DNA of 64,000 nucleotides from an uncultured Verrucomicrobiae bacterium (GCA_963815455.1 CAWFGO010000001.1:1056001-1120000); one strand, 5' to 3'. Numbered from the stretch's first letter, positions 10,542-21,500 are shown. The notes: generated from the sequence alone by a model not told the origin. Numbers and translations: made by a program.

Positions 10542-11375
10542 ATGTTTGGGGTGACCACCTCCGACGATTATCGGCCGGTAACATGGATCGGACGCTACCC
10601 GGTCGGCATGATTACGATCATCGTGGCTGTTTATGTGGCCGGCATGTTCGCCACGGTCATCCTGGACACCGCGCACATTTCACTGATGCCATTCGCGTTT
10701 GACGCGCAGCGGTTTGTTCACGGCGCGTTGTGGCAACCGCTGACCTGCACGCTCATCCAAAGCGCTTCGTTCTTTTTTCTGATCAGCATGTTGTTCCTGC
10801 ACTGGTCCGGCGCCGAAGTCGAAAAACTTCTGGGGCGCACCCGGTTTCTGGCATTTTTCGGGCTGCTCCTGCTAATCCCGCCGTGCCTGATGCTGATTTG
10901 GAGCGCGCTGGGGCAACACTGGATATATGCCGGCTCCTACGAGCTAACGATCGGAATGTTTATCGCTTTTGCCACGCTCTACCCGAACATGGAGATGTTC
11001 GGTTGGGTGACATTGAAGTGGCTCGCCTTTGCCGGTCTCGTGCTGGCTTCGATGCAGTACCTGCCCAATCACCAATGGGGTCATCTCTCCATTCTCTGGG
11101 GAATGTGCCTGGCGTCGTTCGGTTACATCCGTTTTGTTCAGGACCGTTTTCACATCGATCTAAACCTTGCCCGTTTCCGCCCGTTCCGGCGGAAGCCGAA
11201 GTTTCAGGTCGTGCCGAAACCGCGACCGCGTCGCACGGTGGAACCGGACGATTTTTCCGAGTCGGTCGATGCTATCCTCGATAAGATCTCGAAATCGGGA
11301 ATGGCGAGCTTGACCGAGAGCGAGCGCAACCAACTGGAGCGCGCCCGAAATCGTCTGTTAAAAAACCCGGAGTAA
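10542..11375 (+). CDS. Rhomboid-like intramembrane protein with a C-terminal DUF6576-like domain
   Basis: LWQPLT motif, multiple TM segments, C-terminal VDAILDKISKSGMASLTESE. Confidence 0.75.
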   Translation: MFGVTTSDDYRPVTWIGRYPVGMITIIVAVYVAGMFATVILDTAHISLMPFAFDAQRFVHGALWQPLTCTLIQSASFFFLISMLFLHWSGAEVEKLLGRTRFLAFFGLLLLIPPCLMLIWSALGQHWIYAGSYELTIGMFIAFATLYPNMEMFGWVTLKWLAFAGLVLASMQYLPNHQWGHLSILWGMCLASFGYIRFVQDRFHIDLNLARFRPFRRKPKFQVVPKPRPRRTVEPDDFSESVDAILDKISKSGMASLTESERNQLERARNRLLKNPE

Positions 11376-11381
11376 CCGGAT

Positions 11382-11960
11382 CTACTTTCGAGCGAGGCGC
11401 GACTCGACGGTTTCGCAGAGAACGTGGAGAAGCAGTTTGTGCGCTTCCTGGATCCGGGCGGTTGAATCGACCGGCACCAGAAGATCGACATCGGCCTGGC
11501 CAACGGTCGAGCCGCCGTCGCGGCCGAGTAAAGCGATCGTTTTCAGTTTGCGCGTCTTGGCTTCTTCCAACGCGCGCTTGACGTTTTTCGAATTGCCCGA
11601 GGTCGTGAGACAAATGAGCAGATCGTTTTCGACTCCGAAGGCGGCGACCTGACGGGCAAAGATCTGGTCAAACCCGTAGTCGTTCCCGGCCGCGGTTAGA
11701 AGTCCGCCGTCGCCGGTGAGACAAATTGCCGGATAGGCGGGACGATCCTTGATGAAACGGACGACGAACTCGGTGGCAAAATGGGCGGCATCCGCTGCAC
11801 TCCCGCCGTTGCCGCATACGAGCAATTTATTTCCGGCGCGCAAACATCGCTCGATCAGATCGGCGGCTTCGGCAAGCTGGGGATCGAGATCGACAAGCGA
11901 TTGCAGCGTCTTTGTCGCCGCGGCGATCGCGTTTCTCAGATTTTCAGAAGAATCAGACAT
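11382..11960 (-). CDS. gmhA: Phosphoheptose isomerase (SIS domain)
   Basis: CGNGGSAADAAHF, NDYG, TSGNSKNV and RIQEAH motifs. Confidence 0.9.
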   Translation of the reverse strand: MSDSSENLRNAIAAATKTLQSLVDLDPQLAEAADLIERCLRAGNKLLVCGNGGSAADAAHFATEFVVRFIKDRPAYPAICLTGDGGLLTAAGNDYGFDQIFARQVAAFGVENDLLICLTTSGNSKNVKRALEEAKTRKLKTIALLGRDGGSTVGQADVDLLVPVDSTARIQEAHKLLLHVLCETVESRLARK

Positions 11961-12081
11961 GGCCGTGAGCGTTGATACAGCTTTTCCGGCAAGGAGGCAA
12001 AAAGTTTACCTTGTGGCCGATCTTAGGGCTGGATAACAATTCCGCCAAGCCGCGCGAATCCAGATCGAGAGGCTTTCCACA

Positions 12082-13659
12082 ATGAAAACCCAGGAAGCCA
12101 TTCAATGGTTTAAAACCACGTTTATTAAGGAATTGGAAGCGGCCGTGGCCGGGACGCCTTTCAGCGTGGATCTATTGTCGGCCATTGCCAATCAGGAGAC
12201 CGGTTACATCTGGTCGGTCTTGGTTGAGCACAAGCTGCCGGTTCCGAAAATTCTCGAACTCTGTGTCGGCGACACAATCGACAAAGGGCGCAGCGCATTT
12301 CCGACCAACAAGTCGGCACTGATGGCCGCGCCCGGTGGCGCGAAGATGTTCGACGTTGCGCGAAAAGCGCTGGTGGACATGGCTAAATATGTCCACGGAT
12401 ATGATGGCGCCGTGGCAAATCCGGACAAGTTTTGTCACGGGTTCGGCATTTTTCAGTACGACCTGCAATTTTTCGAGGATGATCCGGATTATTTTCTTAA
12501 AAAGAAATGGCGCAACTTCCGGCTGTGCGCGGCCAAATGCATCGGCGAGCTGAACGCGGCGATGGAACGGCAGGGTTGGGCGGGCAAGAAAACGCTAAGC
12601 GATGAAGAAAAGGTCTACGTGGCGATTGCTTATAATAAAGGGCGGGCAAACCCGGCCCTCGGTTTCAAGCAGGGATATCAGTCCGATGACGGCAAATACT
12701 ACGGCGAAAACATCGCCGCATTTCTGGCGGTGGCGCAGACCATTTCACCCGGCGCTGCCAAGCCGAGAACGAGGCGGGGCGCCGTTGTCAGACCCGGGCC
12801 GTCGATTTCGGCGATGCCGGAGCAGCCCCATTCGTTACTGAAATTTGGCGATGAAGGCGATGAAGTGAAGGTGCTGCAAGCTCTTCTGCAATCGCAGGGC
12901 TATTTCGCCGCGGCGGTGCTCGGTCATTATCAGGAGAAGACGCGACAGGCCGTGATTTATTTTCAGCAAACCCATCTCGGCCCGGACGGAAAACCATTGG
13001 AATCGGACGGCGAGGTCGGCGACGACACCTGGTGGGCGCTTTATCATCCCAGCGGTGCGCCGCAGAAATCGAATATTCCAGCGGTGTTGCCGGCGGGGTT
13101 GACTCCGATACGCACGAAAGTGCTCGAGATCGCGGCGGCGGAACATGAAGCCGGTGTTCACGAAATCCCGGATGGAAGCAATTGGGGCGACGGGGTGATG
13201 AAATACCTCGAGGAAGGCGGCTCCGCGGCCAATCCGTGGTGTTGTTTTTTCTGGAGCTGGTGTGTTCATCATGCCACCGGCAAGTATCCTTTTGGCGAGC
13301 CGATGGGACACGTGTTAACGACGTGGCGGGAAGCAAAGAAGAAAGGCTGGGCCATGGACAAGGCGGGTTACGCGCCGGTCCCGGGGGACGCGTTTGTGCT
13401 GCTCTTCACGGACGATTCCGGAAGACTGAAAGGCACGGGTCACATCGGTCTCGTACTTCGGGTGGACAAATCGAAAAATGCAACCGCGTTCAATACCGTC
13501 GAAGGCAACTGCGGGAATCGGGTGAAGGTCGGGCGTCGCGGGATGGATCAATCGACCCTGGTGGGATTCATCAATCAATACCCGACCGGGGAACAACCGA
13601 GCGGCTGGGAGACCGGCCTGGTCAGCGCCGACGACGTCGGCGGCGAAGGGACGCGCTAA
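12082..13659 (+). CDS. Modular peptidoglycan hydrolase: lysozyme-like domain, PG-binding domain and CHAP-like domain
   Basis: AIANQETG...GFGIFQYD...AYNKG; LKFGDEGDEVKVLQ...DGEVGDDTW; PWCCFF...GHIGLV...VEGN. Confidence 0.75.
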   Translation: MKTQEAIQWFKTTFIKELEAAVAGTPFSVDLLSAIANQETGYIWSVLVEHKLPVPKILELCVGDTIDKGRSAFPTNKSALMAAPGGAKMFDVARKALVDMAKYVHGYDGAVANPDKFCHGFGIFQYDLQFFEDDPDYFLKKKWRNFRLCAAKCIGELNAAMERQGWAGKKTLSDEEKVYVAIAYNKGRANPALGFKQGYQSDDGKYYGENIAAFLAVAQTISPGAAKPRTRRGAVVRPGPSISAMPEQPHSLLKFGDEGDEVKVLQALLQSQGYFAAAVLGHYQEKTRQAVIYFQQTHLGPDGKPLESDGEVGDDTWWALYHPSGAPQKSNIPAVLPAGLTPIRTKVLEIAAAEHEAGVHEIPDGSNWGDGVMKYLEEGGSAANPWCCFFWSWCVHHATGKYPFGEPMGHVLTTWREAKKKGWAMDKAGYAPVPGDAFVLLFTDDSGRLKGTGHIGLVLRVDKSKNATAFNTVEGNCGNRVKVGRRGMDQSTLVGFINQYPTGEQPSGWETGLVSADDVGGEGTR

Positions 13660-13663
13660 AGAA

Positions 13664-13738
<75 letters not shown>

Positions 13739-13930
13739 TTTTGCAGGGAGTGAACAGTGATCAGTGAACGGCGATCAGTCAAGCAGACCATCTGTCGCGT
13801 CGCAGAAAGCGCGCTACGGAAAATCATTCGTCAGCGCGCACCGGAACTGGTCCGCCTTTCCATCGGAAAAAGCTTCGGCTCCAATTGCGCTTCCGCTAAG
13901 CGCAAAGTGTGTGATACAGGTTGAGTCTTA

Positions 13931-14215
13931 ATGCCGCTCACCTTCGAATGGGATTCGCGCAAAGCGCGATCCAATCTCGCTAAACACGGTGTTACGTTCG
14001 AAGAAGCGGCCACAATTTTCGGCGATGTACGGTCGCTCACTATTCCCGATCCGGAACATTCACGGACGGAATTACGGTTCGTCACTATGGGTAAGGCGTT
14101 CGGCGACAAATTGGTCGTTGTCGTGCATACAGAACGCAGTGATAATATTCGAATAATTAGCGCCCGACGAGCCAGCCGGCGAGAACGGACATATTATGAA
14201 AAAGAAATCTCGTAA
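13931..14215 (+). CDS. brnT: BrnT family toxin
   Basis: FEWDSRKARSNLAKHGVTFEEA...RIISAR. Confidence 0.92.
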   Translation: MPLTFEWDSRKARSNLAKHGVTFEEAATIFGDVRSLTIPDPEHSRTELRFVTMGKAFGDKLVVVVHTERSDNIRIISARRASRRERTYYEKEIS

Positions 14216-14411
14216 ATCTGAAGAGCAATTGATGCAGAACGATTACGATTTCTCGCGAGCAGTGCGCGGAAAATACGCCCGTCGTTATTCTCAGGGAACA
14301 AATGTTGTGATTTTGGAGCCTGACGTCGCCAAAGTGTTTCCAAATTCGAAGGCGGTGAATACCTCGCTACGGAAAATCATTCGTCAGCGCGCACCGGAAC
14401 TGACGAAATAA
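14196..14411 (+). CDS. BrnA-like antitoxin
   Basis: YDFSRAVRGKY...LEPDVAKVF...VNTSLR; overlaps brnT. Confidence 0.85.
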   Translation: MKKKSRKSEEQLMQNDYDFSRAVRGKYARRYSQGTNVVILEPDVAKVFPNSKAVNTSLRKIIRQRAPELTK

Positions 14412-14538
14412 TCCGCGCCGACTTCTGACGTGCGACATCTTCGCCAAGGGACGAAGCTCGCGAAAGCTTTCGGAGCTTACACTTGACCGATCCGGCCGCT
14501 AAATGGCGTTCCGGCTTGACCAATAACTTGACTTACGC

Positions 14539-15552
14539 TTGACTAACCGCGTGAGCTATTCGCCGGCCTATACCATCACACCGCTCCTCCTCTCGCGAGT
14601 GGAAAAGGTCGCGGCCCTGCGTGAGCGGATTCTGGCCGCGGCTGTGCAGGTGCCCTGGATTCCGGCATTGCAAAAAGATACCCGGATTCGCAACGCTCAC
14701 TCGTCCACCGCTATCGAGGGCAATCCGCTCACTCTGGAACAGGTCCGCGCGATCGAAGAAGGCCGCGAGATCCCTGCGACCGCGCAGCGCGCCCGCCGCG
14801 AAGTTGCTAATTATTTTGCCGGCCTGCGCCTCGTGGAGAAGAACGCGAAGGCAGACACCATCACTCAAGCGCACGTCTTGAAATTGCATCGCATCATGGC
14901 CGGCGACGTCATGGACCAGGGAAAAGCGGGCGAATACCGGGACATCCGGGTAAAGGTGGGCCATTACATTGCGCCGCGCCCTGAAAAGGTGAAGCCGATG
15001 ATGTCCGACTTGCTCGAGTGGTGGAACAAAGAGGAGAAAGTTTCTCCCATCCTCAGTTCAGCCATCGTTCATCATCAGTTTGAAATCATTCACCCGTTTG
15101 CCGATGGCAACGGACGGGCTGGTCGCATGCTGAGTCTATGGGAGCTTTACCGGCGCGGCTTCGACAACCACCACATTTTTTCGATCGACGAATTTTATTG
15201 GGAGGACCGGCCGCGGTATTATGCCGCTTTGGAAAACGTGCGGCAGGAAGAAGGCGATCTCACCAGTTGGCTCGAGTACAGCGCGGAAGGATTGCGGGTC
15301 ACACTGGAAAAAGTCTGGAGCCGGATCCAAAAGCTTGCCGCGCGCGGCGGGAAAGCGAAACTGGTCCTTCGCCCGAAACAGGAGCAGCTCCTCCATCTCT
15401 TGCGCGAACACAAAGCGCTCACGCCGCGGGAACTCTGGGACGCCATCGGCGTATCGAAACAAGGCGCGCTCGATTTGTTACGGCCGTTGATCAAAGCTGG
15501 TCTGGTCCGCCGGATTGGAACAAAGAAATCCGGCCGCTACGTCTTAAAATGA
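14539..15552 (+). CDS. Fic family protein with a C-terminal winged HTH
   Basis: HPFADGNGRAGR and SSTAIEGN motifs; true start may be GTG at 14551. Confidence 0.92.
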   Translation: MTNRVSYSPAYTITPLLLSRVEKVAALRERILAAAVQVPWIPALQKDTRIRNAHSSTAIEGNPLTLEQVRAIEEGREIPATAQRARREVANYFAGLRLVEKNAKADTITQAHVLKLHRIMAGDVMDQGKAGEYRDIRVKVGHYIAPRPEKVKPMMSDLLEWWNKEEKVSPILSSAIVHHQFEIIHPFADGNGRAGRMLSLWELYRRGFDNHHIFSIDEFYWEDRPRYYAALENVRQEEGDLTSWLEYSAEGLRVTLEKVWSRIQKLAARGGKAKLVLRPKQEQLLHLLREHKALTPRELWDAIGVSKQGALDLLRPLIKAGLVRRIGTKKSGRYVLK

Positions 15553-15559
15553 AAGCCGA

Positions 15560-15679
15560 CAAGGAACGAAGCTCGCGAAAGCTTTCGGAGCTGCCCTCTT
15601 CGCCAAGGGACGAAGCTCGCGAAAGCTTTCGGAGCTGACCTCTTCGCCAAGGGACGAAGCTCGCGAAAGCTTTCGGAGC
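15560..15679. repeat. Tandem 44-bp repeat (two full copies and one partial); another copy at 14438-14477
   Basis: TCTTCGCCAAGGGACGAAGCTCGCGAAAGCTTTCGGAGC starting at 14438, 15597 and 15641, partial at 15560. Confidence 0.9.
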
Positions 15680-15683
15680 GACC

Positions 15684-15760
15684 TCTGTTTTCTGTTCTCT
15701 GTCCTCTGTTCTTTGTCCTCTGTCCTCTGTCCTCTGTCCTCTGACTTCTGTCTTCTGACT
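15684..15760. repeat. Heptamer tandem repeat (TCTGTCC/TCTGACT)n
   Basis: About 11 degenerate 7-mer units read directly from the sequence. Confidence 0.85.
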
Positions 15761-15931
15761 TCCTTGTCGCGCCGACTTGCCTGCCTCGCCGTAGTCCCAG
15801 ACGCAGGCGGGTTACGCCGAAGCGCACGGAGGAGGAAGCCTCGCGCATAGGCGGATCACCGACTCAACATCTTCCGCGCGGCATTTCGCTTTTGTGCGGA
15901 AGCGATCTCGGTTAGGATTCCGCTCCGATAA

Positions 15932-16997
15932 ATGGCCAGAGCAAGATCGACAAAATCATCCAACAACTCGTCGGCCAGCCTCGGCTTCGAAGCAAAGCTT
16001 TGGCTCGCCGCCGACAAGCTTCGTTCCAACATGGACGCGGCCGAATACAAGCACGTCGTTCTCGGCCTCATTTTCCTCAAGTACATCTCCGATGCCTTTG
16101 AGGAGAAGCACACTCAGCTCCTGAGCGAGCCCGGCGCTGATCCCGAAGATCCCGACGAATATAAAGCCGAGAACGTCTTCTGGGTTCCGCCCGGTGCGCG
16201 TTGGACCTACCTTCAGAACAGCGCCAAGCAGCCCGAGATTGGCAAGATCGTCGACGATGCCATGGTCGCGATCGAGCGCGACAACCCGCGCCTCAAAGGC
16301 GTCTTGCCGAAGGAATACGCCCGCCCGGCGCTCGACAAACATCGGTTAGGCGAACTCATCGACCTCATCGGCACCATCGGCATGGGTGACAAAGCCAGCC
16401 GATCCAAAGACATCCTCGGTCGCGTTTACGAATATTTCTTAGGTCAATTCGCCAGCGCCGAAGGAAAGAAGGGTGGCCAGTTCTACACCCCGCAGAGCGT
16501 CGTCCGCCTCCTCGTCGAGATGCTCGCCCCGTACAAAGGCCGCATCTACGATCCCTGCTGCGGCTCCGGCGGCATGTTCGTGCAATCGGAAAAATTCGTC
16601 GAAGCCCACGGCGGCCGGCTCGGCGACATCAGCATCTACGGCCAGGAAAGCAACGCCACCACCCGGCGCCTCGCCGTCATGAACCTCGCTCTGCGCGGCA
16701 TCGAGGCCGACTTCGGCCCCGAGCACGCCGACACCTTCCGGCGCGACCTCCATCCCGACCTCCGCGCCGACTACTTCCTCGCCAACCCGCCCTTCAACGA
16801 CTCCGACTGGTTCCGCAAAGACGACGACGTGCGCTGGCAATGGAGAGAAGCGACATGGACGACCAACGGGAGCCCGAAGGGTGAGCACAATCAGGCTCAT
16901 CAATATCCTTCTCCCCAGCGGGGCAACGCCAACTTCGCCTGGGTGCAGCACTTCATCCACCACCTCGCGCTCCACGGCATGGCCGGCTTCGTCCTCG
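15932..16997 (+). pseudogene. hsdM: Type I R-M methyltransferase HsdM, 3'-truncated
   Basis: [29 protein letters not shown] and NANFAWVQH motifs. Similarity stops after GMAGFVL, so roughly the last third is missing. Confidence 0.88.
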
Positions 16998-17109
16998 TCC
17001 GATTCTGGTTTTGGGTAAAACACAGATTCCACAGGGCCGGATCACGCCAGGAGACAGGCAACGCGTTGTGCGCGTTCAACGAAGCATGTCATCGATCTGG
17101 GCTAATTTG

Positions 17110-17874
17110 ATGTCGGCTGATTCCTACTTACAAAATATCTTGAATCGCGAGGCGGTGGACACTGGTCCCTATTCGCCGGTTCGTAGCGTCCAAGCGACCG
17201 TGCAGCCGGTAATCTCAGAATGGGCGGGTAATCTACTAAATGGCATCGGAGTGAGCGGCTCGTTCATGAAAGGAACTGCCAACCGCAGCGGTACCGATAT
17301 TGATCTGTTCATCTCACTTTCGGCGAACACACCCGAAAGCCTGAAAGAGATTTACGAATCACTCTTCGCGCGCATGAGCCAGAAAGGCTACGGCCCGAAG
17401 CGCCAAAACGTTTCAATCAACGTGAAGGTCAACGGCTACAGCGTAGACCTTGTGCCGGGGAAGCAACAGAACGTCTATACGACTGATCACAGCATTTACA
17501 AACGTCGGGCGGATACGTGGACAAAGACAAACGTGGCAACTCACATCACACATGTGAGGCAGTACAATCGCCTTAACGAGAGCAGAATTCTCAAACTGTG
17601 GCGCAACCAGAAAAGCCTGGAGTTTCCATCCTTCTATCTCGAGCTAACCGTCATTGACGCCCTGCCATGGCAACTCGCGCCGGAAGCGTTATCGGGCAAT
17701 GTGTGGCGCGTTTTCCAATATCTGCGGGACCGTTTCGCGAATGCTCGCGTTGTCGATCCGGCGAACACTAACAATATCATCTCAGACGACCTAACGGTCG
17801 CTGAGAAAGGCAAGGTTCAGGCCGCTGCTGAACTGGCGCTCAGCGCAGCAAATTGGAACGAGATTGTGCAATGA
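17110..17874 (+). CDS. cGAS/DncV-like (SMODS) nucleotidyltransferase, putative CBASS cyclase
   Basis: SGSFMKGTANRSGTDIDL and VDLVP catalytic motifs, LKLW...PSFYLEL...DPANTNNII C-lobe; directly upstream of nucC. Confidence 0.88.
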   Translation: MSADSYLQNILNREAVDTGPYSPVRSVQATVQPVISEWAGNLLNGIGVSGSFMKGTANRSGTDIDLFISLSANTPESLKEIYESLFARMSQKGYGPKRQNVSINVKVNGYSVDLVPGKQQNVYTTDHSIYKRRADTWTKTNVATHITHVRQYNRLNESRILKLWRNQKSLEFPSFYLELTVIDALPWQLAPEALSGNVWRVFQYLRDRFANARVVDPANTNNIISDDLTVAEKGKVQAAAELALSAANWNEIVQ

Positions 17875-18584
17875 GCTGGTCGCTTTCGCAGATTTTAGCA
17901 GGATTGCATGATGACATTGAGCGCCGGTTAAAGACGACTCGGGAGACTTTAGCCTTCTCCGTAGCGAAGGGCGATGCTTCCGAAAATGTGTGGCGGGACC
18001 TCCTCGAAACTTATTTGCCTCGGCGTTACCAAGTCGAGACAGCACATGTCGTGGACAGTAACAATGTCTTCAGCGACCAAATCGATGTGGTCGTGTTCGA
18101 CCGTCAGTATTCGCCCCTAATGTTTCATTTCCAGGGACAGAAGGTCATCCCTGCCGAAAGCGTCTATGCCGTCTTCGAGGCAAAGCAAAGCATCAATGCC
18201 GATCTGGTCGCATACGCACAGAAGAAAGTAGCAAGCGTTCGCGCCCTTTATCGAACGAGTCTGCCAATTCCTTCTGCCTCAGGGCTGCAGCCCCCGAAGG
18301 TGATACCGCATATCATTGGTGGGCTGTTGGCTTTTGAGAGTGATTGGAATCCGCCGCTCGGCCAAGCACTAAGTGACGCTCTTAGTCGTGGCGAGATGGG
18401 CGGTCGTCTTGACCTTGGTTGTATCGCCGCGCATGGAACGTTCGGCTGTGATGAAAACGGCTGTTACAACTTCACGCCGGCCGGCAAGCCCGCTGCGGCA
18501 TTTCTACTGGAGTTCATAGCTCGACTACAGGCGAGCGCAACCGTGCCAATGATCGATATTCGCGCGTACACAAAATGGCTGTAG
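17871..18584 (+). CDS. nucC: CBASS effector endonuclease NucC
   Basis: KGDASENVW, YLPRRY, SDQIDVVVFDRQYSP, PAESVYAVFEAKQ and ATVPMIDIRAY motifs; ATGA overlap with the cyclase stop. Confidence 0.93.
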   Translation: MSWSLSQILAGLHDDIERRLKTTRETLAFSVAKGDASENVWRDLLETYLPRRYQVETAHVVDSNNVFSDQIDVVVFDRQYSPLMFHFQGQKVIPAESVYAVFEAKQSINADLVAYAQKKVASVRALYRTSLPIPSASGLQPPKVIPHIIGGLLAFESDWNPPLGQALSDALSRGEMGGRLDLGCIAAHGTFGCDENGCYNFTPAGKPAAAFLLEFIARLQASATVPMIDIRAYTKWL

Positions 18585-21500
18585 TAAGAGACTCACGCGC
18601 CAATTTGGGAGGGTCGCTTGCGAAAACCCATCCGCAGATAGCTGCGCAGTGGCATCCGACAAAGAATGCGCCTCTTACGCCCGACATAATCAAAGAAAAC
18701 AGCTACAAGCTGATTTGGTGGATATGTTCTAAGGGACACGAATTTCCCTGCCGCGTAAACAAACGCACCCGCCAGGGACATGGCTGCTCGTTTTGCGCCG
18801 GCCAACGAACTGCCGTCGAGGATTCCATAGCTGTCCTCTTCCCCAAGCTTGCCGCAGAATGGCATCCGACGAAAAACGATTTGCGGCCGATCGATGTTCG
18901 TCCGGGCAGCAATCGCATGGTTTGGTGGCTTTGTTCGAAAGGTCATGACTGGGAGGCAACAGTTTGTCGACGTGCGCGCGGTAGCGGTTGTCCGAAGTGC
19001 TCTGGCCGATTATTGTCTCGCGAAAATTCGTTTGGTGGAAGATATCCACAGCTCGCCGCGCAGTGGCATCCGCTGAAAAACGGTTCGGCGACACCCTTCG
19101 ACTATACATCAAGTAGCCAAGAGAACGTTTGGTGGCAGTGCAATGCAAGGCCACCACATGAATGGCAGAGTAAGATAAGGTCCCGTGCAGCTCATCCTTC
19201 GTTGGGATGCCGAAAGTGCGCACGTGCTAAGCAAGGAAAAACACACCTAGGCGCGCTCGACCGATCTCACCCGATCCTATGTGCCGAGTGGGATTATGAG
19301 GGAAACGCGCCGCTTGTGCCATCGGACTTCAAAGCAAACAGCCACCAGATAGTCGCCTGGAAATGCTCCAAATACCCTGAGCACATTTGGTCCGCTTCGA
19401 TTCGCAATCGCGCGGTTCTTGGAAACGGCTGTCGGTTCTGTGCGGGGCAAGCAGCATGTCCGCAAAATTCGCTAGAAGCCCTGCGGCCAGATCTCGCTGC
19501 ACAGTGGCATCCGATGCTGAACGGCAGTCTGACACCTAGCATGGTCACTGTTGGCAGCGACAAGGTTGTTTGGTGGCAGTGTCCCGTCGATTCGGAGCAC
19601 ATCTGGCGGGCAAAGATTCAGCCTCGTGTAAAGCGCGACATCGGCTGTCCTGACTGTCGACAAAAAGCACGTCCTGAAAGATCGCTCGCAAAGGTGTTGC
19701 CCGCCCTTGCTAACGAGTGGGACACGAAGAAAAACAAAAGGGGGCCGGAAACCCTCACGATTGGTTCCCAGGTTTCCGGATGGTGGCGATGTTCGAAAGA
19801 CCCGTCCCATGTTTGGCGGGCGACGGTAAAGAACCGAGCGGCGTACGATCGTGGCTGTCCTCGTTGCCGCGTCGGCTGGACTGTTCCCGCCATCCGCGCG
19901 TTTGTTGATGGGCTGAAGCATCACCTAAAGGCATTCACGCCAGCGGAGTTGTATGTGCTTTTTCAGCAGAATGGCTTGCTTAGCGGTGATCGGAAATCGC
20001 AAACGTTCATCGATGCTTTGGGAACTGGAAGATTTCCGTTTGGAGAGATAGAGAAGTTTTGTCGTGGTGAGAAGTCGCTCGTGGACAAGTTTCTCGCCGA
20101 TCAAGCGACAACTCTCGAAAGCCTAACAAGTGAAAAGGCGAATGCTGCGGAGAAGCAGGGCGAGTTAGGGCTGGTCGATGAGGCACAGGCGGACGAAACC
20201 GCGCTCCCGGCCGTCCAGACAGTGGATGTGCTGCGGTCACTGCAATCTACTGTTGTGATTTCGGCAGATCAGGAAGCCGTGGAGTTTCTTGTCGCATCGG
20301 CTTTAGCGAAGATTTGGAAGCACGCCTTTCGCGACGAAGCAGCAGCGCTGGAACAGGCGCGCGGGTTTGAAGGCGATGCTTATGCCGATCGCGTGCGCAC
20401 AGATTTCCTTGCCGAGCACGAGCGCGCCGCAAAGCTTCCGATTCCGGCGGGCTATGCCTTTACTGTGGATGGAAAGATCGCGCTGCCGAATCTGATGCAG
20501 CGGCTCACGGCGGCGCGCGTTCTGCAACGGCGGCGTGTCGGCAACTGGTCGGGGACCGGCGCGGGTAAGACGCTTTCCGCCGTACTCGCTAGTCGCGCGT
20601 CAGGCGCGGGGCTGACGCTGGTGTGTTGTCCGAACAGTGTCGTCGAGGGTTGGCGCACCGCGATTCTCGCGAGCTTTCCCAACAGCGTAGTCGGCACAAA
20701 ATCATTCGTGCCGGATTGGTCCGCGCTCGCGGGCGACGCGACGGGGTTCGGCGCCGCGCCGAGGCACCGCTACCTGGTGTTGAACTACGAGATGTTTCAG
20801 CAGGAGGACTCGGAGGCAAAGGTGCGGCGCTTCGCCGAGGCGGAGACGGCGGACTTCATCGTCGTGGACGAGATTCATTTCACCAAGCAGCGCACGGCAG
20901 AGAATCTTTCGCGGCGCAAGCGGATCATCGCCGCGCTCATCGCGCTTGCCGCGGTGAAGCAGCCGCGGCTTTGCGTGCTGGGCATGTCGGCGACGCCGGT
21001 GATCAATAATCTTCAGGAAGGCCGGAGTCTTGTGGAGATGGTCAGCGGTCTGGAGCACCCGGACATCGAAACGCGACCGACCGTCGCGAATTGCATGAAG
21101 CTGCATCAGCGGCTCGTCTCTCTCGGCACGCGCTGGGTGCCGAAATACGACGCCGAACTGGAGCAGTGCGAGGTTCCGATCGACTGCTGCGACGCGATCG
21201 AGGAAATCCGCGCGCTCGGCCGCGCCGGTTCGCCGCTGGCATTGGAGCAAATCCTCACGCGTGTTCGGCTGCCGATCATCAGACGCGAAGTGCGGCGGAA
21301 GACGCTGCTATATACCCACTACCTCCAAGGCATCGAAGGTCCGCTGCGCGACGCACTCACGGAAGATGGATGGCGTGTCGGCTTTTTTACCGGCGACGAC
21401 AAGACTGGGCTCGATGGTTTTCTGCATGGCGACGTGGATGTCCTTATTGGCTCAAGTGCGATCGGTACAGGCGTAGACGGTCTCCAAGATGTTTGCGAAC

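Noticed and set aside
15560..15679. Possible CRISPR array
   Set aside because: Units are separated by only about 4 bp, with no unique spacers and no cas genes.
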